NCBI GenBank assembly: GCA_016748015.1
Contig: JAAOMT010000003.1
Location: forward strand, 190,373-254,372
Origin: Geosiphon pyriformis uo1
Lineage: Eukaryota; Fungi; Glomeromycota
Direction: 5' to 3'
DNA length: 64,000 bases
The translations under genes were made by a program, and so were the position numbers. This document shows positions 25,342 to 39,606 of the stretch, one piece after another; position 1 is the stretch's first letter; each line of letters begins with the position of its first letter. The notes under the pieces are model-generated. The model made no database searches. It saw only the letters and a list, made by a program, of their open reading frames with translations, and was not told the DNA's origin.

Positions 25342-27735
25342 GGCAAAAAATGGGTGAAATGGATTTTAGATTTTTCTATTTAGAATTAAGCTCGGAAATG
25401 GCAGTGTTTGTAACACAAGTTTTTAATAGTGTGCTATAGAACATCATCATTTATTTTTTTTAATTGGATAGAGCTTCGTTTTAAATTCAAAACAAATAAA
25501 ATGATTTTAGCATTTAATAAAACAAGTCATTGAAGAAATCTTTTTCCAAACGAACTTTTAGTTGTGTTTTCATGGTGCAAAACTCCATCTTTATTCTATT
25601 TTAATTGTGTGGGCTATAAAATTTGTAATAAGGAAATATAGATTTATGAAAACTTGATCGGTGGGAGCAAGAATTTTAGATGTGTGCAAAATTTATTTCA
25701 AAATATTTGCGAAATGAATATTATATTAAAATTTTCAAGCTAAGGTCAATATTAGGTCAGAGTTTGAAGAATGATGTTTTTGGTTATTCTTGATAGAAAC
25801 TTTTGAAAGACCAATAGCCCAATATTTTCTCAATGAAATAAAACATGGCTGAACCATTCAACTTGAAGTAATATATCATCATTCCTTTCAATTAAAATTT
25901 GTGAAATATATTAGACCAAATAGATAATGCTTCTAATTAATTCAACCTCTCAAAAATTAATCCTCAGTCTACTTACCAATGTCAGCTCCAACCCATTCCC
26001 GTACTTGACATATAGTCAGTCTTTTCGTCATCCTGCGCTGGAAAGTACCTCCAAAAAAAAAAGGAAGACTTCACCCAACAGTAAAACCAAGCTAAATAGA
26101 AAGAATACGTTGGAGACACTGAGGAAAATTTTCAAGCATTCCACATATAAAGAACTTAGATGAAAGTTTTTTCTTCTGAAAATATTGAATGTTTTAGCTG
26201 ACAAGAATTTTTATAAAAACAGGCAAATTTTTATTTACGTCAAATCTGACCTTTCAATTATGAAACCACTATTACGTGTCTCGGTATTTGCTATTTTCAG
26301 ACAGAGTATATTCTTCATGAATTTAATCTTTGGTACGCCGGTAGTCACTCTTTTGAGATGTGACGAACGCCAAATCTTTGGCTCGTGTACCACCAAAACC
26401 AAGCTGTGATCGAGGCCTGATGAATGTTCAAGTAATCGAAGAGTTATTCATAGTAAATGAGAATTGTAGCTGAAACAACGGAAAGGTCATTATCGTCAAA
26501 TTTTTTAGCCCATTTTTTTCACCACCTACAAAGTCTTTTTTAGCGAAAACTCTTTATTTATAGTAGTGGTTTCGAACTATGTGAGGTTAAATTGAACTCA
26601 AAAAAGATCTTGAATAACTTATAATAAGAGAAATTATATCTCTTCTGTAGATATCTAATTTTTCAAAAGTCTCATTTCTTCAAATCTTCAAGTCTAATTT
26701 ATAAGCATAAACGTGAGGTTGAATATTTAAATGATAACCCAAAATTAATATAAACATTTTCATAGTTGAAACACTATTTTTATTTTTCACAAAAAATAAA
26801 AATAAGTCTCTTTAACTTCTAAAATTGGGTGAGTGAAATAATTTTTTTTACCTAAATTTTTTAATTTTTCATTTAACAAAGGCGACAAATGAAAAAATAG
26901 TTAAAGAAGAAGGGAACCCTATTTGCGCAGCTACTAAGTATATTAAATGAAGAGTTTATTTTTATTTATTCTTAGACTTTTGATCGAAAAATACCCAATT
27001 TAGAAAATTTGTTCTTGTTTGATTATTTTTATTGAAACCTTTCATTCAAGTCATTTATTCAATTAAAAAATATGAAATTTTTATTTGAGCAAAAATGGCA
27101 AGCAACATTGATAGATAAAATGAATGATAGATTAGTTTTTGAATTTTATCACAATATACATTGTTATTAATTAATTAACACATACTCTTTTGAATCATAT
27201 TTTGTTAATTAAATCTTCACTTAATCAGTTTTGATATAAATTATTATAATATATATACAATTATCTAAAAAATAAACTTGGCAAAACAAATTTTTCTACT
27301 AAAATTTCAAATAGAGTTGATTACATTGATAATATCAAATATTTTTAATTTATGATAAATCACGAGCATTGATTGTTTTGATGACTATTTGTTTTGAAAA
27401 ATTTGTGAGAATTTTTTACATTCATTGTTGATACAGAATATTTTTATTCCCAATATTTTCATTGTCAAACTTGAGAAAAAACTAGGATATTTTAGTCATC
27501 TTAAGACAAACCAAACTTTAGTAATTAGGGTAATAAAAGACCTCCAATTTTGGTGGTATTCTCGTGACGTTTTATTTATAAATATATTCTCACCTATTTT
27601 ATCAAAGGCAAACAAAATAATCCAATTCTTTTATGACGCACGAGTAGCTATGCAGTTAATTGGTCTAGATGTTTAGATCAACTGGATCGTTAAAAATCAA
27701 AATAATCTTGAAACTCAATTTTTAATAAAGATTCA

Positions 27736-27768
<33 letters not shown>

Positions 27769-27770
27769 TA
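27736..27770. repeat. (TTA)n microsatellite upstream of GPCR 1
   Basis: tattattattattatt... directly visible. Confidence 0.9.
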
Positions 27771-27971
27771 CTTTACTTTCTCTTTTCCTCAAATTTCCAT
27801 TCTAAATTCTTTCTATTCTCTTTTTTTTCCAAAAAATTTTCGCTGAAAATTCATTTTCTTATTTGTAAAAATTACTTTTGATTAATCAGAGTTTAGATAA
27901 AAAGACATCAAACGAAAAAAAAACCCTTATCAATCAGTTTATAGTGCTGATAGAAAATTTTCACAAATGAA

Positions 27972-29324
27972 ATGGATGAAAATTTAGAAAAATTTGCTGG
28001 CATGATTGCTGTTTGTATATCTGGAGCACTGAGCAATGTTATAGCGATGGGAATGATTGTTTTGATATTATTACAAAAACAACAAAAGAATTTAACAGTC
28101 AGTCGATTAGTGATGAATATGTTGTTCTCAGACTGGCTTCAAAGTTTCGGATTTATATTGAGTTTAAGATGGATATCAGATGGTGAGCTCACTTCTGGAA
28201 CGTATTGCGTTTTTCAAGGTGTATTAATAAATATTGGGGATATCGCTTCTGGTAATTGTAATTGTAATTGTAATTGTAATCAAATTATATTTAATATATA
28301 TTGGAACGCAATCTTTTTTATTAAGAAATTGTTTTTTTAAAAAATACAGGATGTTGGGCTACAGCAATATGTCTGCATACATATATGGGAATTGTTCACT
28401 CATATAAGCCAAGTTTATTTCTCAAAGTTGCTATTGCAATAATATGGCCATTCAGTGTATTAATTTCAGTTATTGGATTCATGTTACGAGATCCTGGGAC
28501 ACCATTCTATGATTCAGCGGGTGGATCATGGTGTTGGATTAGTCCCAAATACTCTGCTTATCGAATTGGATTTCATTATGGAATAATTCTTTTGTTAGCG
28601 ATAATTATGATTGTTCTATATGGAGCCATGTGCATTATTCTTTTCAAACATTACGAAACCGTGAAATCGATCGAGACTAAAAGATTGCTTTCAAGAACTG
28701 CAAGAAGATTGATATTTTATCCATTGGCATATTTAATTGTAATATTTCCTTTGGGACTTCGTAAGTTAAGAAAACCCCATCTGGGATTTTTTTTTTTTGT
28801 ATAGTTTGAGAAGCGAAAAACAATTTTTTTCTTTTTCATTTCAGAAAACTGCTTTGAAAATAATAAAGAATTTGTCTTCTTAGAACGTTTTCTTTCGCTT
28901 TTTGGAAAAGGTCTTTCTGATAAATAGTAAGAAGTCATTATTTTCAATCTTTTTTCGTATATTTGGTGATTAACAGAAAAAATTTTTTCTGCAAAAAAAA
29001 GTGTCATAATAGCTGGCTGCATACTGACATTGTCCGGACTCATAAATAGTGCAATTTACGGAATCACACGTCACTTGGTTTCAGTACGCCCCACCTCATT
29101 GACAGTGCAAGATAGAAATGGTAAAGAGGAATGTGCCAAGGTTGGTAATTTGATTAAATTCAAAGTTGGAGTCTTTTGAGAGAATACAAACCACCCTGTT
29201 TTTACGTTAATTTTATTATCGTGTGTTCACTGAAAATTAGCGACCACCAACAGTTAGTCCCAGTATCCCCAATTTAGTAGATCTTGAATCTAATTCCAAA
29301 GATGAAATAACTTATCTCCAATGA
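27972..29324 (+). CDS. Seven-TM G-protein-coupled receptor, Git3/cAMP-receptor-like (copy 1)
   Basis: Exons 27972-28251, 28350-28760, 28884-28926, 29002-29140 and probably 29241-29324. Motifs: SRLVMNMLFSDWLQS (TM2), YCVFQGVLINIGD (TM3), WCWI (ECL2), RRLIFYPLAY (TM6), SGLINSAIYGITR (TM7). The last intron is less certain. Confidence 0.85.
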
Positions 29325-30754
29325 TATTTCAAGTTTTAAATACCCGTTTAAATGCGCAATACTGGAGTTTAAATCGACATTTGTATGCCATCTGTGAATC
29401 AAGATTATTTTAAATTTAACTATATTAAAAAAGGAAAAAGATTCTTTCTTTGGGTTGGGTCGAATTGTTAAAAATGAGGATATCTTTCAAAATTTTCATG
29501 GGATTAGAAACATTGAAAATTAAGAGGAACAAAATTTTTTAAAGTTCATAGGATAAGTTTCAGTGTAGAACTTTTTTATTTTTCTAACATAAATTACCTA
29601 TCAAAAGTTTGATTTGACAAAAATTGTAAATTTTATTTAAGTTTGTAAAAAAAGGGTTCAAAAAATATTGGACCAAAAATAAAGAATAAAGTTTTTCTTT
29701 TTAAACATAAGGGGTGTAATCTTGAAAGGTTGGATTCGAAATAAATAAATAAATATATATATATATTAATAATTTCTGAAGTTGTGACCCGTGCATAAAA
29801 TTTTTCATTCACCTTTAATTTTTAGACAGCGATCGATCGCAGTGAAAACTTTTGACAAATAATTAAACCGTTTTTCAAACTATGACTCCTTCAATCTATT
29901 TAAGGTTTGGAGTAAATTCAGAATATGAATCAATTTCAATTGAAACGGTTGGAATCGTTAGCACTGAAAGTTTAGAAGGATTTTTTTCTGAACCCTGAAT
30001 GGAGTAGGATGGAATCTCCATTTATGATTAATGTTCCAATTTTTAATATTCTCATTTCCCATAAGACTGATATATTTATCTTTTGAATTTTTCCGTATCT
30101 TAACTAAAAATAGAGTATCATTTGACTTTCAATCTTTCCATCCAAGCTATCTTGATCGTGGAAATTCAATATAATTCGATGATTTGAACTCTATTTTTGC
30201 CAAGTATATTTGAATATGAGTCTTGCATTAAGACTGAATCAGGCAAAAAAAAGGCAAAAATTTTATAATGCTAACTAATCGCTCAAAAATCTAGATCAAA
30301 AAAATCTGATTAAAAATTAAAAAAATTTTAAATTAAATAAATCAGAAAACGGTCCTTCATCAAACTTTTGGAATTTGATATATGTAAAATATAAGAAAGG
30401 GGATATTTTAATCACTTTTTTTTCTTTTTTTTTTTCTCCAAAGAATCGACTTAACTAATTTTCGCATACTAGGTAGGTTTTTGTATAACTTTTATAAATA
30501 TAAGATTGCAGTTTAACGATTATTGAAATCATTCTATAGCTTTCCTACTTTACTTTAAAAAACATGATCAATTTTTTAAAATGGTTCTTAAATAGGTTCA
30601 TAGAAAGTGTTTTCAATGATACAATCCATTTTTGTTTTAATTTTATAAAACCTAATATGGTTACAAAAAGGATTGTTTCCTATGAAGTAGTGATGTAGGT
30701 GAATGAGACAAAATTTTTAAAACGTAAAAATGTTTATATCAGTTATTATTATGC

Positions 30755-30788
30755 TCATTCATTCATTCATTCATTCATTCATTCATTC
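30755..30788. repeat. (CATT)n microsatellite
   Basis: tcattcattcattcattc... directly visible. Confidence 0.9.
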
Positions 30789-31810
30789 TAAGCTTTCGTA
30801 TAAATATTTATCTACTTTGTAAATAAGTTTTAGCAAAAATTTATTTGTCATCATTATTTTTCTAAATTGTTAAATTCCAACTACAAGAAGGTTTCATATT
30901 TTATCATAAGCAAAGCTCTTAATGTTCATAAGGAGAATACAAGATGAAGGAAAAGTTTGAGATAATACAAAAATTTTATATGAATGAAAATCTCAATAAA
31001 AAACATTTTGGCCAATATAAATTTTTGTATTCTTTTTAATTTTTAAAAAATTTAAGGAGGATAATAAAAACAACAGTAACATTCTTTGTAATTCTAAACA
31101 ATTGTAAAACATCACGTAAAATGAACCAAAAGCCCAATATGAAACTGAAGCAGTCAAAGTAAATAATTAAAGCTCCCGAGAAGTATTCATTTGGGAACCT
31201 CATGTTCAAAAAAGATGTTGAAGGAAAAAAAGCTATTTTCAATGACAATTAAATATTAGTGTTGTTGATAAATATTAGACCTAGTAAAAAAACATGAAAA
31301 TCGGAATTACCTGGTGCCGGATTAGGATAGGAATCGTTTGGTGAGAAAGTGAACAATGGGGAAAAGGTACGCTCGCTTTTTTAACTGCTTCCGATGCACC
31401 GTTTGTAGTACCTTTGCCGAATCCAAAATTACCGTTTCTCAAATTCCAATGTTGGAACAGGTCCCTTAAAATTCAGAATTGCCCAAAAGAAAGGAAACTT
31501 TGAGAGAGATTTAAATTCATTTTGATTGAAAACGTCATTAGAGAAAATTAACAAGGATAGCTATTATCTCTTTAGTCAAGCACCAAATATTTGGTTTGTC
31601 AGTTTATTAAAAAAAATTTTTAAAGAAGAGAACCGAATTATTTCTGTGACAAAATTATTCTTTCATAACTCGTCCTCAATTTTCCAAAACCAAAAATGAG
31701 TATTTTTCTATATTTTCAAAAAGATTTTAGAGAAAATTGAGGCTTTTCAAGGAATCACTCAATTTTTAAGATAGTGACCCATTTTCCAAATATTGATTTG
31801 GCCATACTAA

Positions 31811-31897
31811 ATTATTATCATTATCATTATCATTATTACTATTACTATTACTATTACTATTTCTATTACTATTACTATTACTATTACTATTATTATA
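31811..31897. repeat. Compound (ATT/ATC/ACT)n microsatellite
   Basis: attatcattatcattatc followed by tactattactattac... directly visible. Confidence 0.85.
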
Positions 31898-33532
31898 GAT
31901 TTCAAAACTTTCTTTTCAATATTGTAATTAGTTGTATAGAGTTATTCTGATTTCCCCCTGAAATTAATCCAAGTTCAAATTGAACTAAATAATTAATCTA
32001 CCATAGACAAAGAATTTCTATCATAGAAATCCAGTGTAAATTTTTTCATAATAATTTTTTTTGCCTCGAAACGCTAATTTCATTGTGGTTGTAAGTCTTT
32101 AATATAACATACAACATACAACTATCACGAAATGATAATCTGAAACTATTATTTTCATAATCAAGTTTTTTCTTGAATGATATTACAAATTTCATAAAAA
32201 AATCTTTATAGATATTTTTAAATAAACAAAAGAAATTTAAAGTCTAACAAATAGAATTTTATATCGAGCCAAAAACTCAATCTAATAAACGATGAATATA
32301 TATATTCAAAAAAAAAAAATTCAGATTTTCATTTCAAAGAATAAGCTTTAAGGAGACGTTTGATTTCTTGAATAAAAAATATGTAACGATAGTTTTTATT
32401 GTCTAGTATGATCGAGACCATTGAATTTTTACTGTTAATAAGGGGCTGCAAATGAGAATTTCAATGGAGCACAAGAAATCGAGTAAATTCATTAATCGAA
32501 ATATTGATATCCCTCTAGATCATCAATTCTTTTAACACGTTTTTAAGTTCAACTGGGGGAAGCTGCTACTTCTACTGCTACTGCTACTGCTACTATTACT
32601 AAACGAGGGTTAATATAGGATACAGGAGTTTTTTGATCAGGTTTCCTAAATACTTTCTGTACTTTTTATGGAAATAAGGATTTATTTGATGATATAATGA
32701 AAATCTTTTTATATTTGACATTCATCATTCAACGGAATATCTAGTTATTGCGTTTTTACTCAAAAATTATTAGCCGTTAAATTTGAACTTTAGTTATTTC
32801 CGTCTTTTAAGGATTTTTCAAGTTCATACAGGTATAAAAAATCGTGCGCACTTTTGATGCCTACTATACATGTATTTCTTTTGTCAAAATACTCAGCCAA
32901 TTTAGAATGTTGATCTCTACATCTGCCTTCTTTCGAATCCTGGAAAATAAGAAAAAAGATTTTCCAAAAAAAATTAAAAAATTAGATTCTCATAAAATAT
33001 CTTTCTTTTTAATGATATACTTCCAAATCAATATGTTCTGCTCTTTTTGTTCATCATAGATTGTTATTGAAATCTCAATTCATGAGATCCTTCCCATCTT
33101 TGGTAAATTCTGAATTCGAATTAATTATCATTGCCCCTAAAAAAATAGGCTTTCCTATGAATCTGACATCAAATATTCTTTTTCATGTTTCGGTCTCGAA
33201 TTGCTATCGCTCATCAGAGAATTCTACTATTCTGGATTTTCCTCGATTCATTTAATAACAGTATTGTTATCGTTGTAAAAAAAAAATAGCCATAAAGTTT
33301 CGGAATAACCTCAAGAAAACTAGATTTCATTGTCTCCTCGATTTTACCATGAGCTATTGCCCTAACCATTTATAGTTTCGAGCTTATCAGTTTAAAAACA
33401 TCTATTTAATATTATTTTCAAATCATAGAAGCTGACAAAGTTTACTATTATTACATAATGACATTATTTACAATATATTATAATTGGTTAACCGGATTTT
33501 CTACGTCAATGATACAAAGAAACTTTCAATCT

Positions 33533-35041
33533 TCAAAATTCTTTGCGAGTTCGTAAAGGTTCATGCGATAATAGATAGGATACTTGACTTGCGGAATCTA
33601 TTGACAAACTTCTACGATCAGGAGAATTATATGCTTTACGAGGGTAAGAGGGTGATTCGTCATAAGAAATTTCTGCTGGTTCTTGCATTAATTCAAAATC
33701 GGAATTTCGATGAATTGGAAATTTATAGCTACTACCGGTTCCTGGTTGAGCCTCCTCGATATTGATCGTTTCTATTGACATGTTTCCTCTCAATGAAAAA
33801 GTTTCTGAACTTTCCAGGCATGTATCTGTCATGGGTAAGTTGGGTTCTGTGATTATTTCCTCGTGAATTTTTTGTGATAACCTTTTATGATGATGCTCGA
33901 ACATTGGTTTCATAGTGACAACATGACGTGTGAATCCATAAATAGCGCTATTTGCTAGACCAGCCGATGTGAATATAGTTCCGGCTAAAGTGAGGCTACA
34001 ATCATCACAGAGAAGGACAGAGTAAGCAATTAAGATTCGCTTTTTCAAAATTAAGATAGCTAGTGAATTGTTCCAATCCGAAAGTAACTTACTATTGGAC
34101 AGGAAGTTTAACACCCATGTATAGTAAAACACGATCTAGAAATAAAAGGGCCAAGATTATTTGATAAAAATCGAATTAAAAAAATCACATTCTGAAAAGT
34201 TTCAATACTCACGAAGTGCCAAAGGAAAGACTAGAAAAAAGTAAATCACCGGGTAAAAGATCAACCTCTTACCAGTTTTGTCCAAAACGCGTTGCGGACA
34301 CTTTGTAGAAATCGATTTGTTTCGTTGATATACAAAGCTGAACATGATTCCATAGAGGACAATTATTATTATCAACAGTATCAAAATTATCCCATAATGA
34401 AATAAGATTCGGTATAATGAATAATGTGAACTAATCCAACACCACATTCCACCGGCATCACCATAAAATGGGATTCCAGGCGTTTGAAAAAAAATTCCAG
34501 CGATGGAAGTGCAAAGACTAAATGACCAAATTAACATGATGGATGTTCGAAAAAACCATTTAGGTTGGTAAAAGTGAACCACTTCCATATAGGTATGCAA
34601 ACAGATTGCTGTGACCATGAGACCTTTAGATTTGAAAAGTGTGAGAAAGTTAAAACCCTTGAAAAATTTAAAGAGTTTATGTAAATTTAACTGTTGAAAG
34701 GAAAACGAAGAAAAATTCCCAAACTTTTACATACCTGAAGCAACGTCACCAAAATTGATAAATATACCTTGTAAAGTGCAATACAGATTGGTTTCAATAC
34801 TACTCTGAGCTATCCAGTTTAAACTCATCATAAATCCCACACTCTGCATCCAGTCGGCAAACATTAGATTTAAAACGAGACGACTGACAGTTTGATTTAT
34901 TTGCTTTTGAGCTAATATCCAAAGTATGACACCAGTTGCCGCGGCGTTGCTCAATATACTAGAAGCACAAATAACATAAATTCCAGGAATCGTGTTACTA
35001 TCACTCGTCATAGTAGACACTGTTGAATTATTCAGGGCCAT
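33533..35041 (-). CDS. Seven-TM G-protein-coupled receptor, Git3/cAMP-receptor-like (copy 2)
   Basis: Exons 35041-34735, 34623-34213, 34135-34093, 33995-33533. Motifs: SRLVLNLMFADWMQS, YCTLQGIFINFGD, WCWI, KRLIFYPVIY, AGLANSAIYGFTRH; long Ser/Glu-rich C-tail. Confidence 0.88.
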
Positions 35042-36439
35042 ATTGGAAGGAATAAATTTTTTGTTTTTGAAGAAAACGTTGAAGAAAAGTGGCCGACGAG
35101 ATAAAAAGTGAAAATTTAGAATGGGCTTTTATAATTTACCAAAAAAAATTATAATGTAACCCTAAAAATAATTACTAATTATTTCTTTAGGGTGATATTC
35201 ATACCTTAAATAGTAAAATAAAATAGTAAACAGCCCGTGCAAAAGGATACATGAAATTTTCAAATAAAAAAGGTCTTTTTTTAAAGGCTAAGGTATTTAG
35301 ATTATAATGATAATCATTCATTCTACTTGGCACAAAACTTCTTTCTATTCACGGAATGAAAGAGTCACTGAGAGTATGTACCTTTCATATGTATATGCAT
35401 ATATATATATACTTGTTCCAAACTTGGAATCGATACACATAAATAATTGGGAGTAAAAAACTTTATCCTGCAGATAAATTTTTGAATTTTTTTTTACTCT
35501 TTCAAAAGTTTTTGGGAAAAATCTATTGTTTCTGATTGATATTGAAAAATCCCCTCAAACGAATTTAAAAAAGCTAATGATGTCCTTCTTCCTCGCCTTT
35601 AATATCCCAGGATTGTTTATTGTTGTGAACGAAAATTTTTATATGAAAAAATAAATAATGCTGAAATGAAGCAAAGATACAATGTTTGCCATCATTCTTA
35701 AAAGAATTAATTTTTCCAATGAATAGTCGGTAAACAAATTACTTTTTTATCTTTTTCTGATGATCACACCCTTACCAAATAGGTTTTTTTATTTGCGATT
35801 GGAATTGACTAGCCTTTTTTCGGGAAAATTCTATTCCCTGTTAGTATTTTTCTTTTGAGCTTGGTCATAAAGAGAGTTTATTAAGGAATGAGTCGTATAC
35901 AAAAATTATACCATGCAAAAATTGTATTGTGCGACAGAAAAAGATTTCTGCAAAACTAATTTTCTTCTCTTGATAATTCCCAAGTTGTATTTTCAGGGGA
36001 ATTTTAATGACAATCATTTTTTTAATTTATTAAATATTAAAGAGTTTCACATTTAAAAAATTAAGTTTTAGGAGTACACAATCTTTTTTGGTATTTAATA
36101 TAAACTTTTCAGATTCAAACTAAGGAATGACAATATAATTCAGAAATTCAATAGATAAATCGTAGACTCGGAAATCGCGCTACTTTTTTAGGGTAGCTAT
36201 TAGAAATATTTTATATTTGGAAAGCGTTCTGCTTGCTTGCTTGCTCATTCATACATTAATTAATTTCAAAGAATTTTTAACTCTTTTGAACTTGAGCGTC
36301 TTTTGAGATGGAAATCTTTTTTTATGATCATTAAACGTAAAATTTTAATTTTAATCAAACATAAAAAAACCATTATGAAAAAATGTTAATTATGAAGATG
36401 AGTTCATTTCATATTTTTCTGTTTTAAATAAGAATAATA

Positions 36440-36473
36440 AAATAATAATTATAATAATAATAAAATAATGATA

Positions 36474-36518
<45 letters not shown>
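36440..36518. repeat. (AAT)n microsatellite
   Basis: Directly visible. Confidence 0.9.
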
Positions 36519-36520
<2 letters not shown>

Positions 36521-37728
36521 TATATAAATAAATGCTACATAGAAATCAAAAAAAAGTTTGGGTTTTTCTTTGCTGCAAATAATCTTTTCTTACAGAAATA
36601 ACATTTATTGAGATGTCTTAGAATAGGAATTCAATAGCACTACTTTTTATGGTAATGCAATGAAATAAAATTAGATTTTTCTATGATATTTAATGGCGTA
36701 AAAAGGATTTTTTTCTTAATTCTTCTCTTTTTTGACGTAATTTATTAGTAACATGCATAATGACAGAGTCAAGTGTTGTGATTTCCCCCTTTAAAATTTC
36801 ATATGTAGGACCGATATGCAAGCAGTGCGAAAGTGCAGGGTTTTCTGTGATTAGTCTAGAAAATGAGGATTTGCAGCCCAAAAATAAATTCATTTCAAGA
36901 TAAATCTGGTTAAAGGTTGAGATTAGTTGATACAAATATATTCAGGCTAACTTTAAATTACAAAGTTTATTTCATATCTTGTTGACCCTTTGCCACCCGT
37001 TTGCATCCTATTCGTTTTTCAAAGTTAATTGGAAATTAGACTTTTACCTTTCCTCCCAATTCCTAAACGCTCATCAACCTTATAAATTTAATTAAATAAA
37101 CGCAATATTTTTAAATAAGCTGTTGACATGAAACAAACATTCTGTGTGTCTTTAAAAATTACAATGTCACTTAATAATCGCCTTACATTTTGGAAAGTTC
37201 TATTAATCCTGTTTATTTGGTTGTAAACCAGGCTGTTTGTTGGTTTAACAACATAAAACAATTCTTTTTGCCAATTATTCTCGGATTTTTCAAAATCCCC
37301 TGTGACACAAATTAAAAAATTATATTGAAATATTTTCTTATTTAAAAATAACAGCTGTATATATATTTAACAAATACTATTAACTCTAAAAAAAGTTTTA
37401 TTACTGTAAAAACTTATTAAGTTTTTTTATTTACTAAATAAATTTTAATATTTGTTACCTTTGATATTTAGACATATATTTTAAATGTATTTTGTAAAAA
37501 ATATAAAAAAATACTTGCCAATTTTATTAAAAACTATCAATTCGAAAGTATTTATAAAATTTTATTTAATACTTCAATAAAGAAATTAATAAAAAATTGA
37601 CACGCAAAAAACTTCTTTCTCTCTTACATCCACAAATCCTCAAAAAAGCACTTTTCTGAAAAAGAAGTTTTTTATTTTATTTTCTTTGTTAGTATTTCAC
37701 AATTTCTCTTTCTAATAACCCATTTTTC

Positions 37729-39606
37729 GTGAACCTGGAGGCTGCTTCTAGTAGCAACATGTCTAAAAAGAAGGCACCAAAGGGTGCTTTTCATGGTTCT
37801 GCAGGTGGCTCCTTCTCACAGAAAAAAAAAGTTGTGCTTGGGAATGTTAAGCATTCTGGTGATGAAAAAGATATCTCTCTGAACAAGTCTGAGCCTGGTA
37901 AAAATGTGTTTTCTGATGTGGATAGTCTGTCTGGTGATGAAGAAGTTTCTATTATGACTGGCATCAATGTTGGGTCTCTTCTGGATTCAGCTACCAACAC
38001 TCCTAAAGCAAAGTGTGTCAATACTGATGCTGCTTTTGGTTCCCCACTTGGTTCCTCCAACTTTGACATGGATGATGATAAAGAAGTGTCTCTTTCTCTT
38101 TGCCTCTCTATCTCTCTGGATAAAAAGTGAGTTGATCCCAAAATTGTCAAAACTTAGGTAAAGGTCTCAGTTAGACAATCATTTACTTTGGACATTAATT
38201 TCTCAGCTGTAGAAGGGAAATTGGCAACGGCAAAAACCCAAATCATTAGAAAAAATTTTTCAATTATCAATGGTTTTGGGGAGGCCACTACTCCTTCAAA
38301 ATTTGAAAGGATTATCTGATTGATGTTTACTTTAAAAAAAAGCATAGAAATGGCCACATCATTGGCCAGAGAAAAAGGGATTGACATAAACAGTAATCTA
38401 AAGAAACAAAAAATAAAGTCAGATCAGACTGTGGTGATTAAGAAAATTCTCATGAACATACTTAAAGATATGATCATTACTGTAGTATCAAAATTTGGGG
38501 AAATTAGGTTGATCAAAATTCAACTGATTGAAATGTGGCAAAAAGCTGTGGTGGAGTTTGCTGAATTGGACCAAGCTAATTTGTTAGTCTCTAAGTGGTC
38601 ATTTCTGATTGGTAAAGATTCTGTGCACATAACCAAAGCAGTGAGCAATTATGAGACTTGGGCATCAAGGGATTGGTTCAGAGTGCTTTTGTTTATTTTG
38701 CCAGTAGGAACAACAGCACATAATCTTGGGACTTTTCTGGAGAGGGCTGGTGGGAAAACTTGTATCATAAACAGATCTCTGAAAACTGGTAATAGGATTT
38801 GTTGTGCTGTAGTTGGTTTTAAATCTGATAATGATCTGGAATCTGCCTTTTATACAGAGCTGATTTTTGGCAGTATTAAACTTTCTTGGACAAGAATGGA
38901 TCTGGTTTAGTGTGAGAAATGTAGAAAGTTTGGTCATTTTGCTCTGGAATGTGATACAACTATTGCATCCCTTTTTAAGCCTTTAAGAACATTTAAAAGG
39001 GTTGTGTTTGATAAATGTTATCTTTAGTTGGCTAAGTTGTATAAGAAAAAAAGTGTTTCAATATCCTGCTTTGCTGTCTTTGGTGATAAATCTTGGGCCT
39101 AGGTGGTCTCACTTGCTGGTTTTTCTGATGGTTTTTACTTTGCTTCTGGTTCTGGTTCCCCTTTTTTTGGCACCTCAGGTTTGAATAATGGTTTCTTTCC
39201 TGTCTTGGTTGATAATTCGTCTTTGGATGTTTGTTTGGCCTCTTTGAAACAATTTTTGGAGCTGCTAACCAACCAAGTTTCTGGCATTGTGCACAAACTC
39301 AGCAACATAAAATTGGTGTTGTAAGCTTCAGCTCCTCTCTCTATAGTCTCAAATAATTTGATTGCTCCTAAGAAGGATTTGGTTTTGAATATAGTCATGG
39401 ATGATTCTGAGTTGGTACTTTTACCCCCTTTTTCCACTTCTCTTAGTGTCTCAATATTGGATCTGAGTAGTTTAAAAGTTTTGACAACCAAGATTGGCAG
39501 TTTGGAATCTAAGTTGGTGGCTCTTGAGGCTTCTGTTAGTTCAGTTTTGGTAAAGTTAAATCATTTGTGTGCCAGTTTAAGTCCCTTGTTACCCTCTTCA
39601 TTTTAA
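37729..39606 (+). pseudogene. LINE ORF1 (gag-like nucleic-acid-binding protein), disrupted by stops
   Basis: One reading frame broken by TGA/TAG/TAA. RRM-like KIQLIEMWQKAVVEFAELDQA, CX2CX4HX4C knuckle CEKCRKFGHFALEC at 38911-38952, C-terminal coiled-coil-like LTTKIGSLESKLVALEASV. Confidence 0.8.

Noticed and set aside
25927-26460. Short ORFs and a possible C/D snoRNA
   Set aside because: No coherent gene model, and box C/D order and terminal stem were not convincing.
29900-30240. Possible third GPCR tail remnant
   Set aside because: Only an 11-nt match (ttaatgcaaga) to the copy 2 tail and no TM-coding remnants.
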